Source: Bythopirellula sp.
Lineage (GTDB): Bacteria; Planctomycetota; Planctomycetia; Pirellulales; Lacipirellulaceae
Reading direction: 5' to 3'
NCBI GenBank assembly: GCA_965216565.1
Contig: OZ244170.1
Span: forward strand, 1,760,001-1,824,000
Length of the DNA stretch: 64,000 nt
Each line of letters begins with the position of its first letter. The first letter of the stretch is position 1. Made by a program: the position numbers and the translations under genes. Under the pieces are notes generated by a model. The model saw nothing but the letters and a program-made list of their open reading frames with translations. It was not told the origin of the DNA and searched no databases. Positions 29,842 through 41,905 of this stretch are shown piece after piece.

Positions 29842-31326
29842 ATGTCTGAGACCAGCAACCGCGGTCCACGGCACAATCGCCACCAACCACACCATCGTCG
29901 ACGAGGTGGCTCCGGCCCCTCCTCTATCGATGGAAACGACAGCCAACGCCTTTCCGAACTTGAGCGTGAAGAACCGCTTTCCATTGCTGAAGAACTCGAC
30001 AAGGCCGCCGAACGCGTGCGTCGAGCTGGAAAAAGCATCGAGCGGACCGACAAGCCCGATGCCAATGTGCACATTGCCGCGCTACAGAAGATGGCTCCGG
30101 CCGAACTAATTGAAGTGGCCGAGGCCGAAGGTGTTGAGGAAGCTTCGGGTTTGAAGAAGCAGGACCTGATCTTCCGTATCCTGAAACAGCGGGTGAAGCT
30201 CGACGGCATGATGTTCGGCGAGGGCACGCTTGAGATACTTCCAGATGGTTTCGGTTTTCTTCGTAGTCCCGACTATCACTACCTATCTTGCCCCGATGAT
30301 ATTTATGTTTCGCCAAGCCAAATTCGTCGCTTTGGCTTGAGGACCGGCGCAACCGTGGCAGGGACGATTCGGCCTCCTAAGGAAAACGAACGCTACTTTG
30401 CACTTCTGCGCGTTGAAGCTATCAACGGTCAAGATCCCAACCTGCTGTCCAAGAAAATCTTCTTCGACAATCTCACAGCCAATCATCCCGACGAACGGAT
30501 TCGCATGGAGACCACGGCCGACGAAATCTCGATGCGAGCAGTCGATATGATTGTCCCCATCGGATTTGGCCAGCGGGGCTTGATTGTCAGCCCGCCCCGA
30601 GCGGGCAAAACGATCCTGATGCAAAAAATGGCGCAAAGCGTCTTGACGAATTACCCCAATGCCTATGTCATGATGTTGCTTATCGACGAGCGACCCGAAG
30701 AAGTCACCGACATGGAGCGGCAGGTAAAAGGCCCCAATTGCGAGGTCATTAGTAGCACTTTCGACGAGCCCTCGTCCCGTCACGTGCTTGTGGCAGAAAT
30801 GGTCCTGGAAAAAGCCAAACGGATGGTCGAATATGGCCGCGATGTCGTTATTTTCCTCGATTCTATCACGCGGTTGGCTCGGGCTTGGAATGCTGAGTGC
30901 CCCAGTTCCGGTAAAGTTCTTTCAGGCGGTATCGACGCCAATGCGATGCAACGGCCCAAGCGGTTCTTTGGGTCTGCCCGCAAGGTGGACGAAGGCGGTT
31001 CACTAACGATTATTGCCACCGCGCTGATTGACACGGGCAGTCGTATGGACGAAGTGATCTTTGAGGAATTCAAAGGCACTGGCAATCAAGAAATCGTCCT
31101 CGATCGCCGCATGGTCGATCGTCGCATCTGGCCTGCCATTGACATCAATTCTAGTGGCACACGTCGCGAAGAGATGTTGCTCGACCCCGAGGAATACCGC
31201 CGCGTAACGCTGCTACGTCGAGTCTTGAGCGACATGAACCCACCAGATGCCATGGAGTTGCTGACAAACCGTCTCGTAAAGACGAAAACGAATGCCGAAT
31301 TCCTGATGAGTATAAAAGAGGAGTGA
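29842..31326 (+). CDS. rho: Transcription termination factor Rho
   Basis: Motifs [39 protein letters not shown] and [18 protein letters not shown] precedes GTG 29839 / ATG 29842. Confidence 0.97.
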   Translation: MSETSNRGPRHNRHQPHHRRRGGSGPSSIDGNDSQRLSELEREEPLSIAEELDKAAERVRRAGKSIERTDKPDANVHIAALQKMAPAELIEVAEAEGVEEASGLKKQDLIFRILKQRVKLDGMMFGEGTLEILPDGFGFLRSPDYHYLSCPDDIYVSPSQIRRFGLRTGATVAGTIRPPKENERYFALLRVEAINGQDPNLLSKKIFFDNLTANHPDERIRMETTADEISMRAVDMIVPIGFGQRGLIVSPPRAGKTILMQKMAQSVLTNYPNAYVMMLLIDERPEEVTDMERQVKGPNCEVISSTFDEPSSRHVLVAEMVLEKAKRMVEYGRDVVIFLDSITRLARAWNAECPSSGKVLSGGIDANAMQRPKRFFGSARKVDEGGSLTIIATALIDTGSRMDEVIFEEFKGTGNQEIVLDRRMVDRRIWPAIDINSSGTRREEMLLDPEEYRRVTLLRRVLSDMNPPDAMELLTNRLVKTKTNAEFLMSIKEE

Positions 31327-31404
31327 GGGAAAGGAGAAAGCGAATGACGAATGACGGATAGCGTCGGATCGTTGTTTCGCAGATCCCAGTCTTTCCCTGA
31401 GATT

Positions 31405-31878
31405 GTGGCAAATATTCTTGAGTCAGACGGATTGCAAAATACCGATCGCTTTGCGATTGTCGTGGCTGAGTGGAATCGCGCCGTCACTGGCAAACTGCTA
31501 GAAGGTGCATTGCAGACGTTGGCCGACAGCGACGTAGCCGAAGGTCGCGTCGATGTGGCGTGGGTGCCTGGATCCTGGGAAATTCCGCTGGTTGCTCAGA
31601 GATTCGCCCGCAGCGGCCACTACGCGGCTGTGATCTGCTTGGGAGTCGTCGTGCGAGGCGAAACTTCTCACGACCAACACATTAACCGAGGCGTAAGCCT
31701 TGCTCTCAGCGATATTGCCCTTGAGGCCGATTTGCCCGTGCTGCTGGGCATCCTCACCTGTGAAACAATGGAACAAGCACTGGCCCGTGCGGGGGGCAAG
31801 GTTGGGAACAAAGGCTCCGAGTGCGCCGAGGCGGCGATCTCAATGGTCGGATTGCTTCGCAACTGCCCACCGCAATAG
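31405..31878 (+). CDS. ribH: 6,7-dimethyl-8-ribityllumazine synthase
   Basis: Motifs VPGSWEIP, LGVVVRGETSH and NKGSECA. Start uncertain (31351 or GTG 31405). Confidence 0.92.
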   Translation: MANILESDGLQNTDRFAIVVAEWNRAVTGKLLEGALQTLADSDVAEGRVDVAWVPGSWEIPLVAQRFARSGHYAAVICLGVVVRGETSHDQHINRGVSLALSDIALEADLPVLLGILTCETMEQALARAGGKVGNKGSECAEAAISMVGLLRNCPPQ

Positions 31879-31960
31879 AATAGAGTGTGCCAACGTAGTT
31901 CCTAGGATAAGTTCTTTTCCACCCACTCCCCGACCCCTCAATCCTCCCCCCCTCTCAAAG

Positions 31961-32377
31961 ATGTCTCGCCGTAGCCGTGCCCGCGAAGTTGCTTTGCAAG
32001 CCTTGTTTCAGGAGGATCTCAATCCTCGTGATTCTCGCGATCAAATTGGACCTTTCCTGCAATCTCGGCTGCAGGACGAGGAATTGCGCGAGTTCGCCAA
32101 GTCGCTGGTTTTAGGGGTATTGAGAAATCAGGAGGAGTTAGACACACTGCTCGAATCGAAGGCAGACAATTGGTCGCTTGGCAGGATGGCAGCAACTGAC
32201 CGTAGTGTCCTTCGCCTGGGTGCATTCGAGATTCGCTATGCAGATACGCCTGAGCGTGTAGCCATCGACGAAGCAGTCGAACTCGCCAAACGCTTCGGCT
32301 CGGCCCAATCTTCGCAGTTTGTGAATGGAATTCTAGACAAACTCATCATTCGTGACCAAGAAAAGGATTCGGAGTAA
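31961..32377 (+). CDS. nusB: Transcription antitermination factor NusB
   Basis: Motifs MSRRSRAREVALQALF, DRSVLRLG, IDEAVELAKRFG and FVNGILD. Confidence 0.93.
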   Translation: MSRRSRAREVALQALFQEDLNPRDSRDQIGPFLQSRLQDEELREFAKSLVLGVLRNQEELDTLLESKADNWSLGRMAATDRSVLRLGAFEIRYADTPERVAIDEAVELAKRFGSAQSSQFVNGILDKLIIRDQEKDSE

Positions 32378-32439
32378 CATCGAGCGTGCCAGAGCATGAT
32401 TGCGGGCACTAATTCGACCCTCTCCGCGAAACAAAGACC

Positions 32440-33378
32440 ATGGGATTATTCGATAAATTCAAACGCGGTCTAAATAAAACCGCAAATATTCTAAAAACCG
32501 ACGTCCGCGATCTTTTCAAGAGCGAAGGTCGACTGATCGACGATGAATTTCTCGACGAAATGCGAGGGATTTTGTTCAAGACCGATATGGGTTACGAGTC
32601 GGTCGAAGAGATAGTAAGCGAAGTCGGCTCTACCATGCGCGGTCGTGTCGTCACATTGGAAGATGTGGTGTCGTCTTGGAAGATAAAGCTCGCAGAACTG
32701 ATGGAGCAGGAATCATCGCCTATTCGTTTTGCCGATTCCGGTCCGACTGTCATTATGGTTTGCGGCGTCAATGGTGCTGGTAAGACAACGTCGATCGCTA
32801 AGCTGGCTCATCTATTGAAGTCCCAGGGCAAGAGCGTTGTCCTGGGTGCAGGCGATACGTTTCGGGCTGCTGCCGTCGAACAACTTACCATTTGGTCGGA
32901 ACGATTGGGCGTTGAGATTGTCACCGGCGAGCAGAATGCTCACCCCGCCTCGGTAGCCTACCGAGCAGTCGAGCATTGCCTGAAAACTGAGGCTGATGTA
33001 TGTATCGTCGATACGGCTGGCAGATTGCAAACGCAGAAAAACTTGATGGCCGAGCTCACCAAGATCCAAGATTCCATCCGCAAGCAGATCCCAGAAGCCC
33101 CACACGAGGTGCTATTGGTCCTGGACGCCACCACGGGGCAAAATGGCATTAGCCAGGCCAACAAATTCACCGAGACGGTCGATTGCACCGGAATCGTACT
33201 AGCCAAACTGGATGGCACGGCCAAGGGCGGCGTGGTGGTGGCCATCCGTCAACAAGTAGGGCTGCCTGTGAAATACGTAGGCGTGGGCGAGAGTCCCGAA
33301 GATTGGGCACTTTTTAATCCCAATGATTTTGTGGACGCACTATTCGATGAGGTAGGCGCCGACGCACCGACTGCCTAG
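32440..33378 (+). CDS. ftsY: SRP receptor FtsY (short, no acidic A domain)
   Basis: Motifs GVNGAGKTT, DTFRAAA, DTAGRLQ and KLDGTAKGG. Confidence 0.95.
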   Translation: MGLFDKFKRGLNKTANILKTDVRDLFKSEGRLIDDEFLDEMRGILFKTDMGYESVEEIVSEVGSTMRGRVVTLEDVVSSWKIKLAELMEQESSPIRFADSGPTVIMVCGVNGAGKTTSIAKLAHLLKSQGKSVVLGAGDTFRAAAVEQLTIWSERLGVEIVTGEQNAHPASVAYRAVEHCLKTEADVCIVDTAGRLQTQKNLMAELTKIQDSIRKQIPEAPHEVLLVLDATTGQNGISQANKFTETVDCTGIVLAKLDGTAKGGVVVAIRQQVGLPVKYVGVGESPEDWALFNPNDFVDALFDEVGADAPTA

Positions 33379-33530
33379 CAGCGCGACACTGCCTGTCGAC
33401 TACGTGGGCAGCCCAATCCGATTCGCTCTTTTTGTTCTCTTCAAATCCTTTCTCTAGGATTTTCTAAGTCGCTATAGAGAAGCGTTTTGCGGCCTGTGAA
33501 CGATTTTCAATTCCGCCGAGCCATCGTTCA

Positions 33531-33546
33531 TGGCACGCCACTTGCA
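33531..33546 (+). promoter_or_regulatory. Sigma54 (-24/-12) promoter upstream of amt
   Basis: TGGCACGCCACTTGCA matches TGGCACG-N4-TTGCW exactly and lies upstream of nitrogen genes. Confidence 0.85.
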
Positions 33547-33722
33547 TTGACGCAGACCTAACAGGTGTGACCGCCCAGAAGCATTGGGACCCGTGCAACC
33601 GTGGCAGCCACCCCCGAGAAGCGACTAGTTGATTCGCTTCCAGAGTCTAGAAGGCGGACTTCTTTAAGGCGCGAAAGACTCTGCGATTGAATTTCCTTCT
33701 GACATACAAAAAAGGCGTAGTT

Positions 33723-35114
33723 ATGAATTTTTCTCCCACCGATGGGAGCTTTCGCTCCATGTTGGTCGCAACCATCGTGGCAATTGCCATGCTGGCGACT
33801 AGTTCCAGCGTTGTGTTCGCACAAGAGGCACCAAGTGAAACACCTACCATCACAGAAGAGGCTCCCGCAGAAGAAGCAGCTGACCTAGGCGTTGGCTATG
33901 CTTTGGACAATGCCCTGCTATTCCTGGCGGCTGTTCTCGTATTTTTCATGCAGGCTGGTTTTGCCATGGTCGAAGCTGGCTTCAATTCGTCGAAGAATGC
34001 CGTGAATATTCTTTTCAAGAATTCGATGGATATCTGCGTTGGCGTATTGCTGTTCTACTTCATCGGTTTCGGTCTGATGTATCCCGGCAACTACGGAGTT
34101 GATGACATCGCCAATAAATGGTTTGCTTTCGGTGGTGTTGGCCTGGACGGATATGAAGCCGCTGCCGACCGCACGTTTAACCCAGGGGTAGACTGGTTGT
34201 TCCAAGCAGTCTTCGCCGCCACGGCAGCAACCATCGTCTCTGGGGCCGTTGCGGGCCGTATGAAAGTGGCTGGCTACCTGATTTACAGCGCTATCCTCAC
34301 AGGCTTGGTCTACCCGATCAGCGGCATGTGGAAATGGGGTGGTGGACCGCTCAACGACGCAGGGTTTATGGACTTCGCTGGCTCCGCCGTGGTACATGGT
34401 GTGGGTGGCTTCGCCGGACTTGCCGGTGCCATAGTGCTCGGCCCACGATTGGGTCGCTTTGTGAATGGCAAATCGATTCCCATGCCCGGCCACAGTTTGC
34501 CGATCGCCGCGCTGGGCGTATTTATCCTCTGGTTTGGCTGGTACGGATTCAATCCAGGAAGTCAGCTGGCATTTCAATCGACCTCGGACATTGATGCCAC
34601 TATGCATATCGCAGTGACCACTACGCTGGCGGCTGCTTCGGGTGGGCTGGTCGCCACGTTGCTGAGTTGGCTCTTGTTTGGCAAGCCAGACCTCTCGATG
34701 GGCCTCAATGGTATCCTCGGCGGATTAGTCGGAATCACGGCCTGCTGCGATGTGATGACGTTCAACCAAGCCGCTCTCATCATTGGACCAGTGGCTGGTG
34801 CCCTGATCATTGGTGGGGTCCTATTACTGGACAAGTTACAGATTGACGATCCTGTTGGTGCGTTTCCCGTACACGGCTTATGCGGTGTCTGGGGTTGCCT
34901 TTCGATTGGCATCTTGCACTCAGACGTGGCCTCGTTTGCCGTGCAGCTCAAGGGCACGTTGATGATCTGCGGATGGTCGTTCTTCACCATGCTGGGGCTA
35001 TTCTTTGCCCTGAAGGCCGTGGGTGTGCTGAGAGTGACTGAATCCGAAGAGCAAAAGGGCTTGGATGTCAGCGAACATGGCATGCAGGCCTATGGTGGAG
35101 TTGCTCCCGCCTAA
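33723..35114 (+). CDS. amtB: Ammonium transporter (Amt) with N-terminal signal peptide
   Basis: Motifs FMQAGFAMVE, FQAVFA, DFAGSAVVH, WFGWYGFNPGS and DDPVGAFPVHG. Confidence 0.93.
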   Translation: MNFSPTDGSFRSMLVATIVAIAMLATSSSVVFAQEAPSETPTITEEAPAEEAADLGVGYALDNALLFLAAVLVFFMQAGFAMVEAGFNSSKNAVNILFKNSMDICVGVLLFYFIGFGLMYPGNYGVDDIANKWFAFGGVGLDGYEAAADRTFNPGVDWLFQAVFAATAATIVSGAVAGRMKVAGYLIYSAILTGLVYPISGMWKWGGGPLNDAGFMDFAGSAVVHGVGGFAGLAGAIVLGPRLGRFVNGKSIPMPGHSLPIAALGVFILWFGWYGFNPGSQLAFQSTSDIDATMHIAVTTTLAAASGGLVATLLSWLLFGKPDLSMGLNGILGGLVGITACCDVMTFNQAALIIGPVAGALIIGGVLLLDKLQIDDPVGAFPVHGLCGVWGCLSIGILHSDVASFAVQLKGTLMICGWSFFTMLGLFFALKAVGVLRVTESEEQKGLDVSEHGMQAYGGVAPA

Positions 35115-35130
35115 GCGAAAGTCCCGATCC

Positions 35131-35196
35131 AGAAGGATACCCTCGAGCCTGGGATGGGAATGCCGCCTATTCCCGCCTGGGCCGGGGTATCCTTCT
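35131..35196 (+). terminator. Long hairpin between amt and glnK (terminator or mRNA-stabilising stem)
   Basis: 12-bp perfect stem AGAAGGATACCC/GGGTATCCTTCT with inner pairing, followed by ATTT. Confidence 0.5.
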
Positions 35197-35314
35197 ATTT
35201 AGTATTGTTCTATTTCGCATTGTGGTAGTCGGATTGCGGATTTACGATGATCTGTTACAAGTGACTCTGTTCACGTGACACTGCTCCCCGACACCCAAAT
35301 CCTGATCCCTCTCC

Positions 35315-35662
35315 ATGAAGCTAATCATTGCCATTATCCAGCCCAGCAAGCTGGAAGACGTAAAAGCCGCGCTCAGCAAGGTGGAAGTAGTGCGACTGAC
35401 GATCATGGATGTGCAAGGGTTCGGACGTCAGAAAGGGCAGACAGAAGTTTACCGCGGCCGCGAGATCACAGTGAATCTGCTGCGAAAAGTACAGCTTCAG
35501 ATTGCCGTTAACGACGACTTCGTGGAACCCACGATTGATGCGATCGTAGAGGGCGGACGGAGCGGCGACTCGGGCCAAATCGGCGACGGCAAAATCTTCG
35601 TCCTGCCGATGGACGATTGCATCAGAATCCGCACCGGCGAACGCGGCTCAGACGCTATTTAA
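35315..35662 (+). CDS. glnK: Nitrogen regulatory protein PII
   Basis: MKLIIAIIQP, GFGRQKG, GDGKIFV and IRIRTGE. Adjacent to amt. Confidence 0.92.
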   Translation: MKLIIAIIQPSKLEDVKAALSKVEVVRLTIMDVQGFGRQKGQTEVYRGREITVNLLRKVQLQIAVNDDFVEPTIDAIVEGGRSGDSGQIGDGKIFVLPMDDCIRIRTGERGSDAI

Positions 35663-35845
35663 CTCGCCAAGCGTAGGGCAGGGGCCGCACCTGCAAATGT
35701 AACCCATTGGTCCAGGCGAGGTGGGTCACTCTTCCGCCGGAGTCTCAGGCGAAAATCTGCCGAAATGAAGTTCACTTTTGGTAGTTTCTAGACCTGTCTT
35801 TATCCTGCACAAGCCGATGAAGCTGAGGTAGTTAAGTCACCGCAA

Positions 35846-36043
35846 TACGCCGTAGGCGTTACATACCGTAGCCCAGGGTTGCGGCGCAGTCGCTACCCTG
35901 GGTATGTAAAGGCTCTAAAATATACCCTGAAAGGGTTTCACAAAGTGTACAACCCTTTCAGGGTAGAGATGATGTCGATTAAGACCCAGGGTAGATCGCA
36001 TCGCGATCAACCCTGGGCTACGGTATGTATCCCCTTCGGGGAA
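35846..36043. repeat. Multi-palindrome composite inverted repeat (BIME/REPIN-like)
   Basis: 22-bp perfect arms TACATACCGTAGCCCAGGGTTG (35860-81) and 36008-29. Inner TACCCTGAAAGGGTT/AACCCTTTCAGGGTA and ACCCTGGGT/ACCCAGGGT pairs. Confidence 0.85.
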
Positions 36044-36207
36044 TGCCCGGGCGTGAAACACCGAGGCACATTCGGAGTGCAGAGTTGAGAATAGTTCTTG
36101 CTCAATTCTCAGGCTCGGGCTCAGGGACAAAATAGAAATATTGTGCTTTTACTTTTTGTAGCAGCATCTCTGTTTTTCATCCTTACGCACTTTCATCCTC
36201 GGATAGC

Positions 36208-36483
36208 TCAGTTCGCTATTAACATTCCATCCAAGCCTTTTCTGTTGGCTGATGATTGGATTGCCCTTCCAAAATCTAGGGCGATGGGGGCGTTGGCTGG
36301 CTGCTGACGCAAACCAAACAGTGGCCGATTCGGCATATCCTCTGTCAAGAAATCCCAGCCCAAGGCCTTTGTGATCGGCAAATCAACATGCATTTTGTCT
36401 GACGCATTGGAACTATTGTTGCTTGCAATTGCTGTCATGCTGGGACAAACCAACAAGGCGAGAAGAGCTAGAAATCTTAACAT
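36208..36483 (-). CDS. Possible small secreted hypothetical protein
   Basis: Signal-like leader MLRFLALLALLVCPSMTAIA with GGAG upstream. No recognisable domain. Confidence 0.4.
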   Translation of the reverse strand: MLRFLALLALLVCPSMTAIASNNSSNASDKMHVDLPITKALGWDFLTEDMPNRPLFGLRQQPANAPIALDFGRAIQSSANRKGLDGMLIAN

Positions 36484-36702
36484 TACGGGGCTCCTTTCAA
36501 TCTGAACGATAGACAACTTATACGGGAAGGTACGAAGATACCCTACAGACGCCTAGTTCAATCTAGCTTGTCTAGAAATGTGCAAGCAAAGCTACAAGAC
36601 TTGTAGTCAGATTAGCCCGAAGAACTCCTCAGACAAAATCCATTCTTGCATGCATAAGACTAGCCGCGATCTGATAGATCGCCGGAGCGAAGGGGATGAG
36701 CC

Positions 36703-37122
36703 CTACTTCGCCTTGCGTGCCACACGAATCTGAGCACGGGCCTGGGAGAGTTGACGATCGCGGATGGCTAATTGATCGGCTCCAGCCACTCTTCGAGAAA
36801 GGACTTCGGCGAGTTGTTGCTCTGCTGTTTCGCCGTCAACCGTGGCAGCAGGCACGGCGCGGTTAGTCAGCACCGAGACTAGATTGTCCGCCACTTGAAC
36901 AAATCCACCGTCAACGTAGTAGCTGGAACTCTCTTCTCCATTGGTGATCCGCATCTCACCATAACCTAGCCGACCAATCATCGGGCTATGGTGCAAGCCG
37001 ATGCCAACTTCACCATCGAATAGCGGCAAAGCCACAAATGTCGCTTCACCTTCGAGGACAGTCTCTTCGGGCGTTACGACAATGCACTGTAGCGATTTGT
37101 TTGAATTACCTGATGTGGCCAT
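36703..37122 (-). CDS. atpC: ATP synthase F1 epsilon
   Basis: Motifs VVTPE, GEVGIGLHHSP and VDGGFVQV. Confidence 0.93.
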   Translation of the reverse strand: MATSGNSNKSLQCIVVTPEETVLEGEATFVALPLFDGEVGIGLHHSPMIGRLGYGEMRITNGEESSSYYVDGGFVQVADNLVSVLTNRAVPAATVDGETAEQQLAEVLSRRVAGADQLAIRDRQLSQARAQIRVARKAK

Positions 37123-37183
37123 CGTTTTGTTCTTTCATCGCCAGTCCGCTGATTGCCAACAGCCATCAGCCGGCAGCCGAATT

Positions 37184-38656
<1,473 letters not shown>

Positions 38657-38693
38657 CTAATAAGGAATAACTTGTTGTCTTTGATTGATAAAT

Positions 38694-39575
38694 CTAACTT
38701 AGGGCCTCGACACCACCGATGACGTCCATCAGTTCGGACGTGATACGACTTTGACGGGCACGGTTGTATTGCATGCTAAGGTCTTTGATCAGCTCTCCAG
38801 CATTTTCTGTAGCGGCCTTCATTGCCACCATGCGGGCGATTTGCTCGCTCACCGCGGAATCAAGGAAGCACTTGAACAGCTTCACTTTAAAGCTAGTCGG
38901 CACGACCTCTTCCAAAATGCTCTCCGGAGAGGGCAGAAATTCGTACTGGGTGGAGGATCCGGAGGTTGCGTCCGCAGAGTCTTCCGCACCAAGTGAACCC
39001 AAGGGCAGCAAGGTTTCCACTGTCAATTCTTGTCGCGAGATGCTGACGAACTTCGTGTAGACGATGTCCAACCGATCGAGCTTCCCCGTCGTGTAATCGT
39101 CGAGGTATCGTGTTGCAATCTCATCGACCTCGTCGAAGGCCGGCTTGTCCTCAAAGTGCGTGAATTGACGATCAACTTCGACACTGCGGTACCCAAACCC
39201 AGAGATACCTTTCTTGCCAGAAATCTCGACATCGACGTCCGATAGCTCAGACTTCAGTTCGTCGTACCGCGACAGACCTGCACGTATCAAAGTACCGTTG
39301 AAGCCACTGCAAAAACCGCGGTTGGCGGTCAGCACTAACAGACGTCCCCGTTCTGGCTTATCCCGCGACTCCAGCAGCGGATGGCTCACTTGCAAACCAG
39401 ACTGTGTTAAGTCGGCGACTAATTGAGTCATGCGATCCGTATACGAAGTAGCCGCCGATGCGCGATCCATCGCTTTCTTGAATCGTGCCGTGGCGATCAG
39501 CTCCATGGTGCGCGTAATCCGACGCATATTGCGAATCGACTTGCGACGCTTATCAAGTTCTTTTGGATTAGGCAT
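38694..39575 (-). CDS. atpG: ATP synthase F1 gamma
   Basis: Motifs ITRTMELIA, NRGFCSGFN, ARMVAMKAATENA and YNRARQSRIT. Confidence 0.96.
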   Translation of the reverse strand: MPNPKELDKRRKSIRNMRRITRTMELIATARFKKAMDRASAATSYTDRMTQLVADLTQSGLQVSHPLLESRDKPERGRLLVLTANRGFCSGFNGTLIRAGLSRYDELKSELSDVDVEISGKKGISGFGYRSVEVDRQFTHFEDKPAFDEVDEIATRYLDDYTTGKLDRLDIVYTKFVSISRQELTVETLLPLGSLGAEDSADATSGSSTQYEFLPSPESILEEVVPTSFKVKLFKCFLDSAVSEQIARMVAMKAATENAGELIKDLSMQYNRARQSRITSELMDVIGGVEALS

Positions 39576-39659
39576 AATCTAGGTGGAAATCAAAGTGTCT
39601 TTGTGTCTGAGGTTTCTTCGGTGCTTCAAAGCCGCGCGATCCGACGGATCGCCAGTGCG

Positions 39660-41219
39660 TTAGGCCACTGCGGGTTCAGACTCTTCTGAGGACTTAGAAG
39701 CCGTATCGTCACCTGATTGGAACTGAGCTGAAAACTCTTCAATCGAGGCTTCGATTTTTGAAATCAGATCGTCGTCCAAATCTTGCTTTTCAACCAGTTC
39801 ATTACGGACCTCAGACTTCTGATCTTTCATGAAAGTGAGGAACTTGGCCTCCCAGTCTCGCACGTCTTCGATGGCGACCTGGTCCAAATGACCTCGCGTG
39901 CCGGCGAAAATCACGAATACCTGATCGACTACATCGAGCGGTTGGTACTGCCCTTGTTTCAGCAACTCAACCATGCGATATCCACGATCTAGCTTGGCCT
40001 GAGTATCGGGATCGAGTTCGGTTCCCATCTGCGCGAAAGCTTCCAATTCGCGGAATGCCGCCAAGTCCAAACGCAAACCACCGGCCACCTTCTTCATGGC
40101 CTTAATTTGTGCTGCACCGCCTACACGAGAAACCGAGATACCGGCGTTCATGGCAGGCTTGATTCCTGCAAAGAACAAGTCCGGTTGCAGGTAGATCTGA
40201 CCGTCGGTAATCGAAATCACGTTCGTAGGAATGTAGGCAGATACTTCGCCTTCAAGTGTTTCGATAATGGGAAGCGAGGTAATGGATCCCCCTCCCAAAT
40301 CGTCGGAAAGTTTTGACGACCGTTCCAGCAATCGGCTATGACAGTAAAACACGTCACCAGGGAATGCTTCGCGTCCCGGTGGGCGACGCATCAATAAGGA
40401 TAGCTCGCGATAGGCAACCGCTTGCTTGCTGAGATCATCGTACACAATCAAAGCATGCCCGCCGTTAAACATGTACTCCTCGGCCATTGCTGTGCCGGAG
40501 TAAGGAGCCACATACTGCAATGGGGCGGGATCACTGGCACCGGCAACGATGACGGTAGTGTAGTCCATAGCGCCCGATTCACGCAGCTTTTCCACGACTC
40601 CTGCGACAGTAGATTCTTTCTGTCCCACGGCGACATAGAAGCACTTTACTCCCGAGTCGCGCTGATTGATGATTGCATCGATGGCAATCGCGGTTTTCCC
40701 TGTCTTACGGTCACCAATGATCAGTTCTCGCTGTCCACGTCCGATGGGCGTCATCGCATCGACGGCCTTCACCCCGGTTTGGAGCGGCTCGCAAACAGGC
40801 TGACGCTCGGCGACGCCCGCGGCAATGACTTCCACATTGCGGCGTTTGTTGGTGACGATGGGCCCCTTGCCGTCGAGTGGATTCCCGAGTGGATCGACAA
40901 CGCGTCCGAGCAATTCGTCGCCAACAGGTACGCTCAAGAGCTTGCCCGTACTGCGAACTTCTTCACCTTCGTTAATCTGGAGGTAGTCACCCAGAATGAT
41001 GATACCCACTGAGTTTTCTTCCAAGTTGAACGCCAAGCCGGTCACACCGCTGGCAAACTCAACCATCTCGCTGTACATCACGCCCGACAGGCCATACACC
41101 TGGGCAATACCATCGCCAACTTCCAACACGCGACCGACTTCGCGAACATCGATCTGAGCCGAGTAGTTTTCGATTTCTTTTTGAATTACTGAGGCGATTT
41201 CGTCGCTCTTGAACTTCAT
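39660..41219 (-). CDS. atpA: ATP synthase F1 alpha
   Basis: Motifs [23 protein letters not shown] and [11 protein letters not shown]. Confidence 0.98.
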   Translation of the reverse strand: MKFKSDEIASVIQKEIENYSAQIDVREVGRVLEVGDGIAQVYGLSGVMYSEMVEFASGVTGLAFNLEENSVGIIILGDYLQINEGEEVRSTGKLLSVPVGDELLGRVVDPLGNPLDGKGPIVTNKRRNVEVIAAGVAERQPVCEPLQTGVKAVDAMTPIGRGQRELIIGDRKTGKTAIAIDAIINQRDSGVKCFYVAVGQKESTVAGVVEKLRESGAMDYTTVIVAGASDPAPLQYVAPYSGTAMAEEYMFNGGHALIVYDDLSKQAVAYRELSLLMRRPPGREAFPGDVFYCHSRLLERSSKLSDDLGGGSITSLPIIETLEGEVSAYIPTNVISITDGQIYLQPDLFFAGIKPAMNAGISVSRVGGAAQIKAMKKVAGGLRLDLAAFRELEAFAQMGTELDPDTQAKLDRGYRMVELLKQGQYQPLDVVDQVFVIFAGTRGHLDQVAIEDVRDWEAKFLTFMKDQKSEVRNELVEKQDLDDDLISKIEASIEEFSAQFQSGDDTASKSSEESEPAVA

Positions 41220-41263
41220 CGAAGCTCTCCAAATGTATGCACGATTTAATTAATTTAGATTTG

Positions 41264-41890
41264 TTACTTCTCGATGAACTGGTCGGGGTGGCTTTGAATA
41301 GCCTCCACAGCGTGGGCAACCATCGCGGTGCGAGCATGTTCAAAGCTCGTTCGGGCCGAGGCATCGAGAACCTGGTCCCCAATCCGCACCACAAACCCAG
41401 CGATCAGTTCAGGATTGATCACCGTATTGACGACCGGCTCCATATCGAACTTCTTTCGCAGCACTTGTACCATTTCTTCCACAAGCGAATCGCTTGTTTC
41501 CAAAGCAAGCTCAATCTCGACCGGCACCTTGCCACTTCGCTCTTTCCAAAGCTTAGCCACAGAACGAACCACTTGCGGCAAAAGCTCGAGCCGTTCGTGC
41601 GCGGTTAGCACCTTCAAAAAACTAATCGTTGTTTGCGAAAGATTGCCAAACACTCGATCGATTAGTGCTAACTTCTCATCCTGCGAAACCAAGGCTGAGG
41701 AAAGAACCTTTTGGAAATCCGGGAACTTGTCCAGCACTTCCGAGCCGATCGATTCCAGCTCCTCAACAACACTGTCTTCGCCTTCGCCTGCGGCATCGAG
41801 GACAGCCTGCGCATAGACCTTCGACAGCTTTTCGATGTCGACATCGAAAACCGTATCGCGGACTCCATTTTGAGAAGAATCGTTGCTCAT
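41264..41890 (-). CDS. atpH: ATP synthase F1 delta
   Basis: Operon position, plus YAQAVL and INPELIAGFVVRIGDQVLDAS. Confidence 0.92.
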   Translation of the reverse strand: MSNDSSQNGVRDTVFDVDIEKLSKVYAQAVLDAAGEGEDSVVEELESIGSEVLDKFPDFQKVLSSALVSQDEKLALIDRVFGNLSQTTISFLKVLTAHERLELLPQVVRSVAKLWKERSGKVPVEIELALETSDSLVEEMVQVLRKKFDMEPVVNTVINPELIAGFVVRIGDQVLDASARTSFEHARTAMVAHAVEAIQSHPDQFIEK

Positions 41891-41905
41891 CAGTTCTCGC
41901 TAGCC

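Noticed and set aside
35672..35694. Single GTAG-type REP-like motif CGTAGGGCAGGGGCCGCACCTGC after glnK
   Set aside because: Degenerate and unpaired, with no second copy seen in the window
35879..36307. Small ORFs over the composite palindrome
   Set aside because: Derived from repeat sequence, with no HUH or transposase motif
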